A DNA stretch of 64,000 nucleotides from a virus, in IMG/VR virus record IMGVR_UViG_3300042446_001732, positions 1 through 64,000 of that record. One strand, 5' to 3'. Position 1 is the stretch's first letter, and each line of letters opens with the position of its first letter. The translations under genes were made by a program, and so were the position numbers. Below the pieces are notes generated by a model. That model searched no databases and was not told the origin of the DNA. It was given only the letters and a program-made list of their open reading frames with translations. Below are positions 9,101-21,100 of this stretch, piece by piece.

Positions 9101-10189
9101 ATGTTTGATGCTATTAAACCATTGCTAGATAGCGGCCTGATTAACGAAGACGTTAGCCGAGAACTCAACGAAGCTTGGGATCAAAAGTTAAACGAAGCTC
9201 GTGAATCAGTTCGTGTGGAATTGAGAGAAGAATTTGCACAACGCTATGAGCATGATAAGTCAGTCATGGTCGAAGCCCTAGATAAGATGGTAACAGATGG
9301 TCTTGCCACTGAAATTCAAGCTGTAGCCGCTGAAAAGCGTGCTCTAGCTGAAGATCGCGTCAAGTTCCAAAGCAAGATGAAAGAGTCCGCACAGAAGTTT
9401 AACGGCTTCTTGGTGACAAAACTTGCTGAAGAAATTGGCGAACTGCGTAAAGACCGTAAGATGCACGCTGAAGGACTCGAAAAACTCGAGAACTTTATGG
9501 TGCATGCTCTTGCTCGTGAAATTCAAGAATTCGCACAAGACAAACGTGATGTGGTGGAAACCAAAGTGCGTTTGGTGCGTGAAGCACGTGGCAAACTCGA
9601 ACAACTCAAAGCACGATTTGTAAAAGAATCCGCTGAAAAGATGACTCGAGCTGTTAGCCGTCATTTGAAGGCAGAACTTACACAATTGCACGAAGACGTA
9701 AAAATTGCTCGCGAGAACAATTTTGGTCGTCGTATCTTTGAAGCATACGCTGCTGAATTCGGTGCTACTCACCTAAATGAGAAAGCCGAAGTCAAGAAGC
9801 TGTATAACTTGTTATCAAACAAAGATCGTCAATTGGCAGAAGCCATTGAGCTCACTGAAAAGGCGAAAGTCCTCATTGAGCGCAAGGAACGCGAAGTGCG
9901 TATGATCAAGGAATCCAACTCACGTCAAAGTGCAATGGATGAATTGCTGAGTCCTCTTAACAAAGAGAAAGCAGATGTCATGCGCAATTTGTTGGAAAGC
10001 GTACAGACAAGTCGTCTGAAAAACGCTTTTGAGAAATATCTACCAGCAGTGTTGGAAGACAGATCAGTTAAAGCCCGCAAAGTAATTTCTGAACAAGTCA
10101 CCGCAGTAACTGGTGATAAAACTGTACCAGAAACTCACCAAGAAGAACGCAGCAATGTGATCGACTTGAAGCGCCTGGCAGGTTTATAA
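9101..10189 (+). CDS. gp22: Prohead core scaffold protein
   Basis: Coiled-coil, Glu/Lys-rich, between gp21 and gp23; RIFEAY motif. Confidence 0.85.
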   Translation: MFDAIKPLLDSGLINEDVSRELNEAWDQKLNEARESVRVELREEFAQRYEHDKSVMVEALDKMVTDGLATEIQAVAAEKRALAEDRVKFQSKMKESAQKFNGFLVTKLAEEIGELRKDRKMHAEGLEKLENFMVHALAREIQEFAQDKRDVVETKVRLVREARGKLEQLKARFVKESAEKMTRAVSRHLKAELTQLHEDVKIARENNFGRRIFEAYAAEFGATHLNEKAEVKKLYNLLSNKDRQLAEAIELTEKAKVLIERKEREVRMIKESNSRQSAMDELLSPLNKEKADVMRNLLESVQTSRLKNAFEKYLPAVLEDRSVKARKVISEQVTAVTGDKTVPETHQEERSNVIDLKRLAGL

Positions 10190-10211
10190 TCATTTTATAG
10201 AGGAGACTTAA

Positions 10212-11408
10212 ATGTCACAAGAACTACTAGAAAGCCGCTGGGGCGAAACCAAAGAAGCACTGCTTGAAGGTTTGAATGGAACCAAGCGCAACAGCATGGG
10301 TGTTATCCTTGAAAACACTCGTAAGTACCTGAAGGAAAACGCTTCCGCAGGTTCCACAGCAGCAGGTAACATTGCTACATTGAACCGCGTGATTCTTCCC
10401 GTGATTCGACGTGTGATGCCAACTGTTATTGCTAATGAACTGGTCGGCGTTCAGCCAATGACTGGTCCAGTTGGTCAAATCCACACTCTACGTGTGCGTT
10501 ATGCCCAGAGCTTGACTGACACAAGTGCAGCAGCAACCAGCGTACAAGCTGGTGAAGAAGCATTGAGCCCGTTCAAAATTGCCACAGCGTACTCCACAGT
10601 ACCTGGTGCAACTAGCACAGCTACTAATTACACTGGTGGCGCAACAGCTACCATGGAAGGTACTGGCGGCAAGCAGATCTCCGTACAGATCTTGAAACAA
10701 GCTGTTGAAGCTCGCACACGTAAGTTGCAAGCTCGTTGGACATTTGAATCTGCACAAGACGCACAAGCCATGCACGGTATTGACGTTGAAGCAGAAATCA
10801 TGGCTGCTCTTGCACAAGAGATTACAGCTGAGATCGACCAAGAAATCCTTCTCAGCCTGCGTTCATTGGCTGCCACTGAGTTCACATACAACCAAGCTAC
10901 CGTTTCTGGTACTGCTACATTCGTTGGTGACGAACACGCTGCTTTGGCCGTGTTGATCAACCGTGTTGCTAACCTGATCGCCCAACGTACACGTCGTGGC
11001 GCTGGTAACTACGCTGTTGTTAGCTCTGCTGCTTTGACAGTGTTGCAATCTGCAACTACTTCTGCTTTTGCTCGCACAACAGAAGGCACATTCGAAGCAC
11101 CTACAAACACCAAGTTTGTTGGTACACTGAACGGCGCTATGCGTGTGTTCGTTGACTCTTATGCTAGCGACACTACACCAGTGTTGGTTGGTTACAAGGG
11201 TTCTTCAGAAGCTGACGCTCCTGCATTCTACTGCCCATACATCCCGTTGATGAGCAGTGGTGTTGTACTGGATCCGTCAACATTCGAACCAGTCGTGTCC
11301 TTCATGACACGTTACGGTTACATTGAATTGACTAACACTGCTAGTTCGTTCGGTAACGCTGGTGACTATGTCGGCGAAATCGCTGTGTCGAACTTGTCTT
11401 TCAGCTAA
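10212..11408 (+). CDS. gp23: Major capsid protein
   Basis: GVQPMTGPVGQI, RKLQARWTFE.AQD, EITAEIDQE, YCPYIPL, FMTRYG motifs. Confidence 0.98.
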   Translation: MSQELLESRWGETKEALLEGLNGTKRNSMGVILENTRKYLKENASAGSTAAGNIATLNRVILPVIRRVMPTVIANELVGVQPMTGPVGQIHTLRVRYAQSLTDTSAAATSVQAGEEALSPFKIATAYSTVPGATSTATNYTGGATATMEGTGGKQISVQILKQAVEARTRKLQARWTFESAQDAQAMHGIDVEAEIMAALAQEITAEIDQEILLSLRSLAATEFTYNQATVSGTATFVGDEHAALAVLINRVANLIAQRTRRGAGNYAVVSSAALTVLQSATTSAFARTTEGTFEAPTNTKFVGTLNGAMRVFVDSYASDTTPVLVGYKGSSEADAPAFYCPYIPLMSSGVVLDPSTFEPVVSFMTRYGYIELTNTASSFGNAGDYVGEIAVSNLSFS

Positions 11409-11435
11409 TCACTGCAAGGCTTTTCAAAAGCAATC

Positions 11436-11460
11436 AAAAACCCGCTTCGGCGGGTTTTTT
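11436..11460 (+). terminator. Rho-independent terminator after the capsid gene
   Basis: AAAAACCCGC-TTCG-GCGGGTTTTTT, with a C(UUCG)G tetraloop. Confidence 0.92.
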
Positions 11461-11477
11461 GTTGACTAAGTATTTGC

Positions 11478-12419
11478 ATGATAGAATTCTTAGATCCCAC
11501 TCGTTTTTATACCAATAGACAATACTTGACACAATGGTTTCAAGCTGACACTCTATGTGTTACAGACAACGACTTTGAAAATGTTGAACATACCCGACAG
11601 CTATTAGAACAACATTCCAATCACAATCGTATTTTAGATATCACACACAATCCTTTTCCTGACAATAAATTATCATTAAAATTCACACCAATACTGACCA
11701 ACAACTTTGAATTTTTTTACAAGCCGCAGGCAGGAACAACTTTCTTTCCGTTGTTTCTTTGGATGTATAGTTTGAGAAATCCATTATGGTGGGATACTTT
11801 TTGTTTTGATTCAGGCACAAACAAAACTCAAGCTCTCATGTGTCTCAACAATCGTCCAAGACCACACAGAACTCAAGTATGGGCAGAATTCAATCAGCGA
11901 GGAATTATTGATCAGTGTGTGTTCAGTTTCACTGAGCCGGTGTATTACGAAAAAGATCAGTATTCGTATCCTTATCCATTGATGATTGCTGGTGAACAAC
12001 ATGATCCCAACCGCAACGACATAGGTGTGGGACACTCTGTGTATGGTGATTGCGCTGTGAATTTGATAACAGAAACTGCAACAGATTTAACTTATGTCAG
12101 CGAAAAAACTTGCAAGCCGTTTGTGGCAAGACAAATTCCTGTCCTAGTAGGTAGCACAGGCATTAATCAATTTTTAACTGACATTGGACTAGACATGTTC
12201 TCAGACGTTGTGCCTTGGACAACCTGGGATCATGAACCGGACCAGGATCTACGTATCAAAAAGATCATGGACTTTGTTGAATCGTGGTTGAGATCTGGAA
12301 CCATGCTTGAAGATTATGGTCAACTACTGCCTAGAGTTCAAGCAAACAAACAGTATTTCCACAGTGATCAATTTAGAACACTGTTGCTGCAACAGATGTC
12401 AAACCTTGTACCAGCTTAG
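11478..12419 (+). CDS. Putative glycosyltransferase-like protein
   Basis: CLNNRPRPHR and NLITET...VSEKTCKPF...P motifs recall the GT10/GT-B nucleotide-sugar-binding region; similar to the ORF at 38432. Confidence 0.5.
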   Translation: MIEFLDPTRFYTNRQYLTQWFQADTLCVTDNDFENVEHTRQLLEQHSNHNRILDITHNPFPDNKLSLKFTPILTNNFEFFYKPQAGTTFFPLFLWMYSLRNPLWWDTFCFDSGTNKTQALMCLNNRPRPHRTQVWAEFNQRGIIDQCVFSFTEPVYYEKDQYSYPYPLMIAGEQHDPNRNDIGVGHSVYGDCAVNLITETATDLTYVSEKTCKPFVARQIPVLVGSTGINQFLTDIGLDMFSDVVPWTTWDHEPDQDLRIKKIMDFVESWLRSGTMLEDYGQLLPRVQANKQYFHSDQFRTLLLQQMSNLVPA

Positions 12420-13547
12420 ATACTGAGCAATTTTTTTAGTAACACTGTTCCAGTCACCGCGAGCAGGTTGTCTAAACAATCTAGCACTGGAGTACCAGGG
12501 GCTAGAATCTCTATCCAGTAACCAACGCCAGTCTGTGCTGTAGGCATTGAGCATGAGCCATGCTGGCCGGCCCAGAGCGCCAGCCAAATGAATCACCGCG
12601 GTGTCCACTCCAATTACAACATCAAGGTGCATCATCAGCGCAGCCGTGTCTGCAAAACTTTGTACACCACCTGGATAACAAGTGACACCAGCAGCAAGCA
12701 ATGCTTGTTCTTGATCAGGCTCTGCGTCAATCTGTAGGTTGATCCATTCGTATTGTGAATTATTTTTGATCATTTCCAGCATGATTTCAAATGGCACACT
12801 CTTGTGTTGATTCAACCATGAGTCTCTGCGACCACTCCAGCAAAACCCCACTCGCATGCGCTTTTTTGGCCCAAGACGTTGTTGCCATGTTTTCATAGCA
12901 GCAACATCAGCATTGAGATAACTTTGAACTCGCGGCAAGTTTTCTACAGTGACTCCCAGTATTCCTGGAATACTCATGATTGGCACCCACATGTCAAAGT
13001 CGCCTGGATCATCGTTGTAGGTGCCCACCCATGACAAGATTTCACTGCGACTCAGCATGGGCACTAGACCATCAGTCACTTGCAGCTTGACTCGGGCACC
13101 CATGGCATGTAGGTTGTAAACAAATCGAACAAACTGGATGTTGTCTCCGTGTCCTTGTTCTCCTACTACCAGTATTGTTTTGTTCTTGAGATCTTCACCA
13201 CGCCATCGTGGCTGCAAAAACTTGGGTTCTGTGCCAGCTAGGTGCTCGTAGTTCCAGCGACTTTCGTATGCTGGCCACCCCTGTGCATAATCACCCATCA
13301 ACAAATAGCACACAGCTAGATTAAATTTGGCAGTGATATTGTCTGGTGCTAGAACTGCTGCGGCTTGTAAAAATGGCACGGCTCGTCGGGGATGACCAAT
13401 TTCTCGCATGACGTTGCCATAGTTGTTGAATGCAGCACTAGATTCTGGATCTTGTACAAACGCCAACGCATAACATTGTAATGCTCGTTCGGGTTGATTT
13501 TCAGCACGAAGCTGGTTGCCTTGTTCAATAAGTTCAGTAGTATTCAC
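12399..13547 (-). CDS. TPR-repeat glycosyltransferase (GT9/heptosyltransferase-like C-terminus)
   Basis: N-terminal TPRs, EQGHGDNIQFVRF, DVVIGVDTAVIHLAGALG, DWRW...SPWY motifs. Confidence 0.85.
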   Translation of the reverse strand: MNTTELIEQGNQLRAENQPERALQCYALAFVQDPESSAAFNNYGNVMREIGHPRRAVPFLQAAAVLAPDNITAKFNLAVCYLLMGDYAQGWPAYESRWNYEHLAGTEPKFLQPRWRGEDLKNKTILVVGEQGHGDNIQFVRFVYNLHAMGARVKLQVTDGLVPMLSRSEILSWVGTYNDDPGDFDMWVPIMSIPGILGVTVENLPRVQSYLNADVAAMKTWQQRLGPKKRMRVGFCWSGRRDSWLNQHKSVPFEIMLEMIKNNSQYEWINLQIDAEPDQEQALLAAGVTCYPGGVQSFADTAALMMHLDVVIGVDTAVIHLAGALGRPAWLMLNAYSTDWRWLLDRDSSPWYSSARLFRQPARGDWNSVTKKIAQYLSWYKV

Positions 13548-13687
13548 GTGATATTTACACTCTGTAGGTAGTCCATTTTACATTTTTGCTAAATACTTGT
13601 CAACACAATCAGGTGTTTTATGCTGAGATTAATACCCACAGCGTAGCGACTAGAACTCGCATCGGACTTCTTTAAGGAGAAAACAAA

Positions 13688-14458
13688 ATGGGTCGTCCTC
13701 TAAAAATTCAAAAAATATCTACCGGTTCCGGTAATGGTGGTGCCAGCGTTGGCATCGATCTAGGCTTTCCTAACTTTGGCAGCTTGACCAATCCAGTTAA
13801 AAACTCAGTTGGCAACATGACTGATGCTCAGTATCTGGGTGTGGTGGGTGGTGCTGGTCCAACTGACACTCCGAGCGCAACCAATCCCCGAGTTGACGTA
13901 ATTGTCAACATTCAATTGGCATCAGGTTCGGGTGCTGGTGTAGCACAAGGTTATATTATCCGTCAAAAGGGCAGCCGCAAGTACCTAGTTGGTGATGTAA
14001 CCAGCATTGCTGATGAAGATCTAGTGGTTGATAATGCATATATTATTACTTCAGTTGGAACTACCGACTGGGTAGCAGTAGGTGCTCCTTCTAACTATGG
14101 TGTTGGTACTGTTTTCACTTGCACAGCCGACGCTGGTGCAGGTACAGGCACCGCTAATCTTGTCGGCGTTTGCGTCCTGGACAACGATACAACTCCAGCA
14201 GTTGGGTTAATGGCAATCACATACACCAACAACGATTCCACAGCTACCCCAATCAGCAAGTTGACCAACAAATTCTTGTTGGACTTTGCTGGCGGTTCTG
14301 GATTCTCTCAAGCTGAAGTGACCAATGACGTTCGTTTTTCTGCCAACTTCTTCACAGACGAAGGCACGGTTATCAAGTCTGGCACAACTGCTGTGGCCAA
14401 CGTTTCTGGACAACAGAACTTGTTGGACGTGGTCATTGTTGACAACGTTACTTCCTAA
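13688..14458 (+). CDS. Probable virion structural protein
   Basis: Strong AAGGAG SD, own TAAATA motif (13590) and downstream terminator; Gly/Thr/Val-rich. Confidence 0.65.
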   Translation: MGRPLKIQKISTGSGNGGASVGIDLGFPNFGSLTNPVKNSVGNMTDAQYLGVVGGAGPTDTPSATNPRVDVIVNIQLASGSGAGVAQGYIIRQKGSRKYLVGDVTSIADEDLVVDNAYIITSVGTTDWVAVGAPSNYGVGTVFTCTADAGAGTGTANLVGVCVLDNDTTPAVGLMAITYTNNDSTATPISKLTNKFLLDFAGGSGFSQAEVTNDVRFSANFFTDEGTVIKSGTTAVANVSGQQNLLDVVIVDNVTS

Positions 14459-14473
14459 TTGATTTAGGCCCCG

Positions 14474-14507
14474 AATCCTCTCAGCTACATACTGAGAGGA
14501 TTTTTTT
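14474..14507 (+). terminator. Terminator hairpin that also covers the SD of the next gene
   Basis: AATCCTCTCAG-CTACATA-CTGAGAGGATT followed by a T run, then ATG 14508. Confidence 0.8.
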
Positions 14508-15095
14508 ATGAGCAGAGCATTTGTATTAGGCAACGGAATCAGCCGCCAAGGACTAGATTTAGAACTGTTAAAACAGTTGGGACAAGTTTACGGTTGCAAC
14601 GCTATCTATCGAGAGTTTGTTCCAAATGTGCTGATCAGCACAGACACTCCTATTAGCAAAAGTATACAAGAATCAGGTTATTCACAAAACCACATGATGT
14701 ATACAAGAAAACCATTTCCTGCCTTGGGCGCACTGCAAATTCCTCAAGAATATTATGGATTTAGTTCTGGTCCAGCTGCTGTTGCAATAGCAGCGCTAGA
14801 TCGAAATGCTGCAATCTACCTAATAGGATTTGACATGGGCCCGACACAATCTGGCAAATTCAACAACATCTACGCTGACTCAGAGTTTTACAAAGCCAGT
14901 TCATCGGTGCCAACTTTTGTTGGTAACTGGGCAAATCAACTGGTAAAAATCTGCAAAAATTTTCCCAAACTCAACTTCTACAGAGTAATGGGCAGCACCA
15001 CTGCTGCGGTAGCAGCTCTTGACAACATACCCAACTTGTATCACATGCCTATGGAAGACTTCTTAAACAGAATAAATAACACAAAGGAACTCTAA
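14508..15095 (+). CDS. Hypothetical Rossmann-like protein (Maf/DUF115 or sialyltransferase-like)
   Basis: AFVLGNGISR, YGCNA, SSG..A, IYLIGFD motifs. Confidence 0.5.
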   Translation: MSRAFVLGNGISRQGLDLELLKQLGQVYGCNAIYREFVPNVLISTDTPISKSIQESGYSQNHMMYTRKPFPALGALQIPQEYYGFSSGPAAVAIAALDRNAAIYLIGFDMGPTQSGKFNNIYADSEFYKASSSVPTFVGNWANQLVKICKNFPKLNFYRVMGSTTAAVAALDNIPNLYHMPMEDFLNRINNTKEL

Positions 15096-18000
15096 ATGTC
15101 TATCTATAAGCGTGTCAGTGGGAATCTTGTTGTCCAAACAGTTGGCAATACAGATTCTATCACATTTCAAGGCCTAACCGCCAACACTGCCACAGTTATT
15201 ATTGATGGCAATTTAACTGTTTCTGGCGACGTTGCACTGACTGGTAATATTGCAGGTGACAAGATTTTTAACGGCACCACCAGCATTGAAATTCCCGTAG
15301 CCAGTGGCAATGCAAATATCAGTGTAAGCGGTACCGCCAATGTGTTTGTGGCCAATAGTGCTGGAATTGTAGTCACAGGAACATCAAGTGCCAGTGGCAA
15401 TGTCACAGGCGCTAATATCAACACAGCAGGTTTAGTCAGTGCCACTGGCAATGTCAATGGTGGCAACTTGAATATAACCACTGGCAATATTGTTCTCACA
15501 AGATCGTCAACTGCTACCACATCACCAACCATTAGATTTACAGATTCAAACACCGCAGTAAGTTCGCTAGGCGCAAACATTGGATCGTTTGAATGGTTTG
15601 CTTCTGACGCAACTGGTGCTGGACCTCGTGTGACTGCCGCAGTCAAAGCCGTGTATGCTGACGCTGGCGGCAATGCAAACGTGCTTATCCAAACTGCCAG
15701 TGGAGCAAGTTTAACTGATCGTATTGTGGTGCTGGGCGCCACTGGCAACGTTGGCGTTGCAAATTCTGCACCATTACATACGTTAGCAGTGACTGGAACC
15801 ATGTATGGATCTTCTACTCTGACTATTGTAGGCAATGTCGCTGGAGGCAATGTTTCAACGGCTGGACTAGTAACAGCAACAGGCAATGTGACTGGTGGCA
15901 ATATCAACACAGGTGGCTTGATCACAGCAACTGGAAATATTTCTGGTGGCAATATCAGTGCTGCTGGCAGTATAGTTGGTGGTGCCGGCGGTGTCAGTGT
16001 AACTGGTAATGTCACTGGTGGCAACTTGATTATCAATGGCACAATGAGTGCGTCGGGTAACTTAACCACTACAAATATTTCTGCAACCACTCTAGACGCC
16101 AGCGCCAATATCACTGGTGGCAATATCAAAACAACAGGTATTTCTAATGTTGGTACCAGCATTGTAACCGGCACTCAAACAGTAACTGGCAACATCACAG
16201 GCGCCAACGTCAACACAGGCATCTTGAGCGCATCTGGCAACATACTTGGATTAAATGTCAACACAGGAGTGGTCAGTGCCACTGGCAATGTGATAGCAAC
16301 CGCAGGCGGATTCTTCATTGGCGATGGCGGATTCTTGAGCAATGTCACAGTGGCATCCAACGTTGCTGCAACACAGTTGGCCAATGGCACATCAAATTGG
16401 GCCATTCGCACTTCTGGTGGAGATATCACTGGCGATGTGGGCGGCAGTGCCAACGTGGCAATTCTTACAGGTTCAGGATTTAGCCTAACTGGATTCATGA
16501 GCGCTGCTGGCAATGTCACAGGTGCCAATGTCAACACAGGCGGTGTGGTCAGTGCTACTGGCAACATAATTGGTGGCAATGTGTCAGGAGCAACAGGCAC
16601 ATTTACCACTGTGATTGGTAATGCCAATGCTACCAGTTTGACCACGGGTACAGTCCCCAGCGATCGATTGACTGGTCAATATACCATCGACATCAACGGC
16701 AGTGCTATTACTGCAAACACTGTGACAATCAACGCACAGCCCAACATTACCAGTGTTGGCACATTAACCGTATTGTCAGTTTCAGGCAACATAACCGGTG
16801 GTAATTTAAACACCGGCGCACAAGTAATTGCCAGTGGCAACATAACCGGTGGTAATTTAAACACTGGCGCACAAGTAATTGCCACTGGCAATATCACTGG
16901 TGGAAATATTACCACCGCTGGTCAAGTATCAGTGACCGGTAACATAGTTGGTAGCAACATTGAAATTTCTGGTTCTATTAGAGATTCGTCCCAGTTAGAT
17001 CTTGCAACCACTGCTGGTAATATTGTGTTGACGCCAGCTGCTGGATCCAATGTACAAGTTGTTGCCAATGCAAATATTACTGCAACCACAATTTCAACCA
17101 GTACTGCTACAGGTGCACTGGTGGTAGCAGGCGGCGTAGGTGTTGCCGGAAATGCCTATGTTGGTGGCTTGATCAGTGCAACAGGTAATATTACAGGTAA
17201 TTTCTTCCAGGGCAATGGCAGTCAGTTGACTGGTATTGATGCCACATCAATTCAAAACGGCACAAGCAATGTTCGTGTGGTTAGTTCTGGTGGCAATGTC
17301 TCTGTTGGGGTGGGCGGCACCAGCAACGTAACTGTGTTTGCTACCACTGGACAAGTTACCACAGGATTGATCAGTGCTTCGGGCAACATAACTGGCGCGA
17401 ATATCAATGGAAATGGTTCAGGTCTAAGTGCAATCACCGGAGCCAATGTCACTGGCACCGTGGCCAATGCTACATTTGCAACATCAGCTGGAACAGCGAC
17501 TAGTGCAACCAGTGCAACCACAGCAGGCACAGTTACAACTGCTGCCCAGAGCAATATTACATCAGTGGGCACACTGACTTCATTGGCAGTTACTGGCAAC
17601 ATTACTAGTGGTAATTTGAGTGTGAGCACCGGCAATGTAACAGCTGGCAACATTGTTAATTCCAATGCCAACGGTGTTGGAAATATTGGTAGTGCATCTG
17701 TCTACTACAACACAATATTTGCTCAAGCAACATCAGCACAATATGCTGACTTGGCTGAAAAATTCCGTGCAGATGCTGCGTATGAACCAGGAACTGTGTT
17801 GATATTTGGCGGAACTCAAGAAGTCACTATATCCGCTCAGGACACTGATCGCAGAGTTGCTGGGGTCGTTTCGACTGATCCTAGTTATTTGATGAATTCA
17901 GGATTAAATGAAGAATTTTCAGTAGCAATTGCCTTGCAAGGGCGTGTGCCATGTCGTGTTGTTGGCCCTGTTCGCAAGGGAGACATGATGGTTTCTGCCA

Positions 18001-18116
18001 GCAACGGTCATGCCAAAACACACCAGGATCCTCCAACTGGTTCCATTATTGGCAAGAGTCTTGAAAACTTTGACGGTGAAACTGGCACTATTGAAATCGT
18101 TGTAGGCCGCGATTAA
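15096..18116 (+). CDS. Tail fibre-like repeat protein with a C-terminal intramolecular-chaperone-like domain
   Basis: ~17-aa GNITGGN repeats; C-terminal YADLAE...PGTVL...GRVP...KGD...IGK domain. Confidence 0.75.
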   Translation: MSIYKRVSGNLVVQTVGNTDSITFQGLTANTATVIIDGNLTVSGDVALTGNIAGDKIFNGTTSIEIPVASGNANISVSGTANVFVANSAGIVVTGTSSASGNVTGANINTAGLVSATGNVNGGNLNITTGNIVLTRSSTATTSPTIRFTDSNTAVSSLGANIGSFEWFASDATGAGPRVTAAVKAVYADAGGNANVLIQTASGASLTDRIVVLGATGNVGVANSAPLHTLAVTGTMYGSSTLTIVGNVAGGNVSTAGLVTATGNVTGGNINTGGLITATGNISGGNISAAGSIVGGAGGVSVTGNVTGGNLIINGTMSASGNLTTTNISATTLDASANITGGNIKTTGISNVGTSIVTGTQTVTGNITGANVNTGILSASGNILGLNVNTGVVSATGNVIATAGGFFIGDGGFLSNVTVASNVAATQLANGTSNWAIRTSGGDITGDVGGSANVAILTGSGFSLTGFMSAAGNVTGANVNTGGVVSATGNIIGGNVSGATGTFTTVIGNANATSLTTGTVPSDRLTGQYTIDINGSAITANTVTINAQPNITSVGTLTVLSVSGNITGGNLNTGAQVIASGNITGGNLNTGAQVIATGNITGGNITTAGQVSVTGNIVGSNIEISGSIRDSSQLDLATTAGNIVLTPAAGSNVQVVANANITATTISTSTATGALVVAGGVGVAGNAYVGGLISATGNITGNFFQGNGSQLTGIDATSIQNGTSNVRVVSSGGNVSVGVGGTSNVTVFATTGQVTTGLISASGNITGANINGNGSGLSAITGANVTGTVANATFATSAGTATSATSATTAGTVTTAAQSNITSVGTLTSLAVTGNITSGNLSVSTGNVTAGNIVNSNANGVGNIGSASVYYNTIFAQATSAQYADLAEKFRADAAYEPGTVLIFGGTQEVTISAQDTDRRVAGVVSTDPSYLMNSGLNEEFSVAIALQGRVPCRVVGPVRKGDMMVSASNGHAKTHQDPPTGSIIGKSLENFDGETGTIEIVVGRD

Positions 18117-18172
18117 CGGCCAAACCTAATTGGGCGGATCCTGGTAAATACATCAGATGACCAGGATTACCT

Positions 18173-21100
18173 ATGACACAACAGATAATTGACATCGGCG
18201 CTGAAGCAAATGACGGCACCGGTGAGCCGTTACGAGATGCTTTCAACGCTGTAAACGAGAATTTTACAGAGATATACACCGCTGGCCCTGTGGGCAGCAA
18301 TGTAGTAATCTCTGGAAATACCATTGCTGTAACTGGCATTAACAACAATCTTGTGCTGAAAGCCAATGGCATTGGAAACATCCAGGCCAACAGCAGCATT
18401 GTGCCCAGCATTGATGCGGTATACAACCTTGGCAGCTCTACTCTAAGATTCAACACAGTCAACGCTGGCTTTTTTGTAGGTAATGGTAGTCAACTCACAG
18501 GAGTTACTGCTGCGGCAGCTACTAGTATTGCCAATGGCACGTCCAATGTTTCTGTGGCATCCAGCAGCAATGTTACTATAAACATTCAAAACACCAGCAA
18601 CACAGTGGTGTTTGGTCGGTTGAATTCTACGTTTAGTGGCAACATTCTTCCAGCTGCAAATGTAACTTATAATTTGGGCAGTGCAACTGCTGCCTGGAAA
18701 GATGCGTACTTTTCAAACAGTACAATTTATCTCAACAATGCTGGCATCTCTGCCAACGCAACTGCGTTTAGTTTTAGTACACCTGGCGGCGGCACCACAA
18801 TTCTCCAAGGCAATGGGGTCATAGCACCTTATGCCAATTCAAATGTAACTGCTTACTTGCCCACATACTCAGGCAACCTGGCCAGTCTGACTGGGCCTGT
18901 TACAACCACTGGCAATATCACTGGTGCGTATATCATTGGTAATGGTAGTCAACTCACTGGATTAGCAGCAACATACGGCAACTCAAATGTGGCAGCATAC
19001 CTGCCCACATACTCAGGAAATCTAGTCAGCTTGACTGGACCAGTTACTACCACTGGCAATGTTGGTGCAAATTATTTTATTGGTAATGGTAGTCAGTTAA
19101 CCGGATTGCCTGCAACATACGGCAACTCAAATGTGGCAGCGTACTTGCCAACCTATAGCGGCAACATTGGCTCGCTAACTGCTACAGGCAATATCACTGT
19201 GGTCAACGGTATCTTCAGTGGCAACGGCTCTGGACTCACTGGTGTTATAGCCAGCGGCAATGTTGGCGCAGCAAGTAAACTGCAGAACGGCACAACAGAA
19301 TTCAATATCCCCGTGGCCAATGGCAACGTGGTCGGCAACATTGGCGGTGTGACCAACGTTTACACATTTGCATCAACAGGAATGAGTGTTGTTGGTAATG
19401 TAACAGCAAACTATCTAATTGGTAATGGTAGTCAGTTAACAGGACTACCAGCATCCTACGGCAATGCCAATGTTGTAGCCAATCTGGCGGCACTGGGATC
19501 AAATCCAGTCAGCACCACTGGCAACGTGACTGCAGGATATTTTGTTGGTAATGGTGCTCTACTCACAGGTGTAGCTGCCAGTTATGGCAATACTGAAGTG
19601 GCTACATTATTGGCCGCATTTGGATCAAACACAATATCAACCACAGGCACAGTCACAGCAGGCAATGTCACTGGTGGTAATTTGCTAACAGCTGGATTGA
19701 TCAGCGCAACTGCTACTATCACCGGTGGCAACGTCTTTACAGGTGGATTGATTGTTGCAACTGGTAACGTTACTGGTGGTAATTTCGTAACCGGCGGTGC
19801 AGTAAGTGCATCTGGTAACCTTAGTGCAATTGGCAACGTCACTGGCGGAAACATTACCACAGCCGGGTTGATCAGCGCAACTGGCAACGTCACAGGTGGC
19901 AACATTACCACAGCCGGGTTGATCAGCGCAACTGGCAACGTCACAGGTGGCAACATTGCCACTGCTGGCCAAATTACTGCAACTGGCAACATCACAACCA
20001 CTGCCAACATCAGTGGTGGCAATTTGAGTGTGAGTGGTGCATTTGCTCCAGCTAGCATGACAGCCACAGGTAACGTGGCTGGTGGCAATTTAACAACTGC
20101 AGGCGTGGTAAGTGCAGCAGGCAACATTATCACAGCAGGATATTTTGTTGGTAACTTTGCTGGCAACATCACAGGCAACTTGGTTGTGCCTGGTTCCAAC
20201 ACACAAGTGTTGTTCAACAACCAGGGCAACGCAGGTGCCACAGCAGGATTGACATTTGATACTGCTGGACCAAACTTGCTTGCAGTGGGCGGAAACGTAC
20301 AAGCGGGTAATTTAACAACCGCAGGACTGGTAAGTGCTGGCGGCAACGTTGATGCTGGCAACCTAAACACCGCTGGCTGGGTGGTTGCAACTGGCAACAT
20401 AAACACTCTGGCCAATGTCAACGGCGCCAATTTGGTCGCATCAGGCCTGATCACAGCAGTAGGCAACATCAGCGGCGGTAACTTAAACGCTGCTGGACAA
20501 GTGAGTGCGACTGGCAACATCACTGGTGGCAACATTCTGTTTGGCATATTCAAATTACTTGGTACTGGTGAGGCACAAGTTGGTAATTTAACTGTTACTA
20601 ATGGCCCAGGTACTGGCAATATTGTTGCCGGTAATATTATAAGTGCAACTGGCAACATACTAACTGGCAGTAACGTAAGTGCAACTGCCAATGTGATTGG
20701 CGGTAACTTGGTAACCGGTGGCCTGATCAGTGCCGCTGGCAACATCACAGGCGGCAATATATTGGCTGGGGGTGTTGGTACTCAAATCAGCACAGGCGGC
20801 AATGTAAATGGTGCAGCGTTTAATGGTAGTGTATATTTTGGCACTGGTATAGTAACAGGCACCGGCAACGTCACTGGTGGTAATATTGCAGTTTCAGGTG
20901 TGTTGTTATCCACCAACACAGTTTCAGCAACTGGTAATGTGGTCGGCGGCAATATTAACACAGGTGGAAATGTTTCTACTTCGGGCAATGTCATAGCCCA
21001 GGATATTAGAGTTGGACCTGGCATTACTGGCGGTACCATAAGTGCGCTAGGCAACATTACCAGTGCCAACACATTGAACGCAGTTGGTTTGAGTCTGAGT

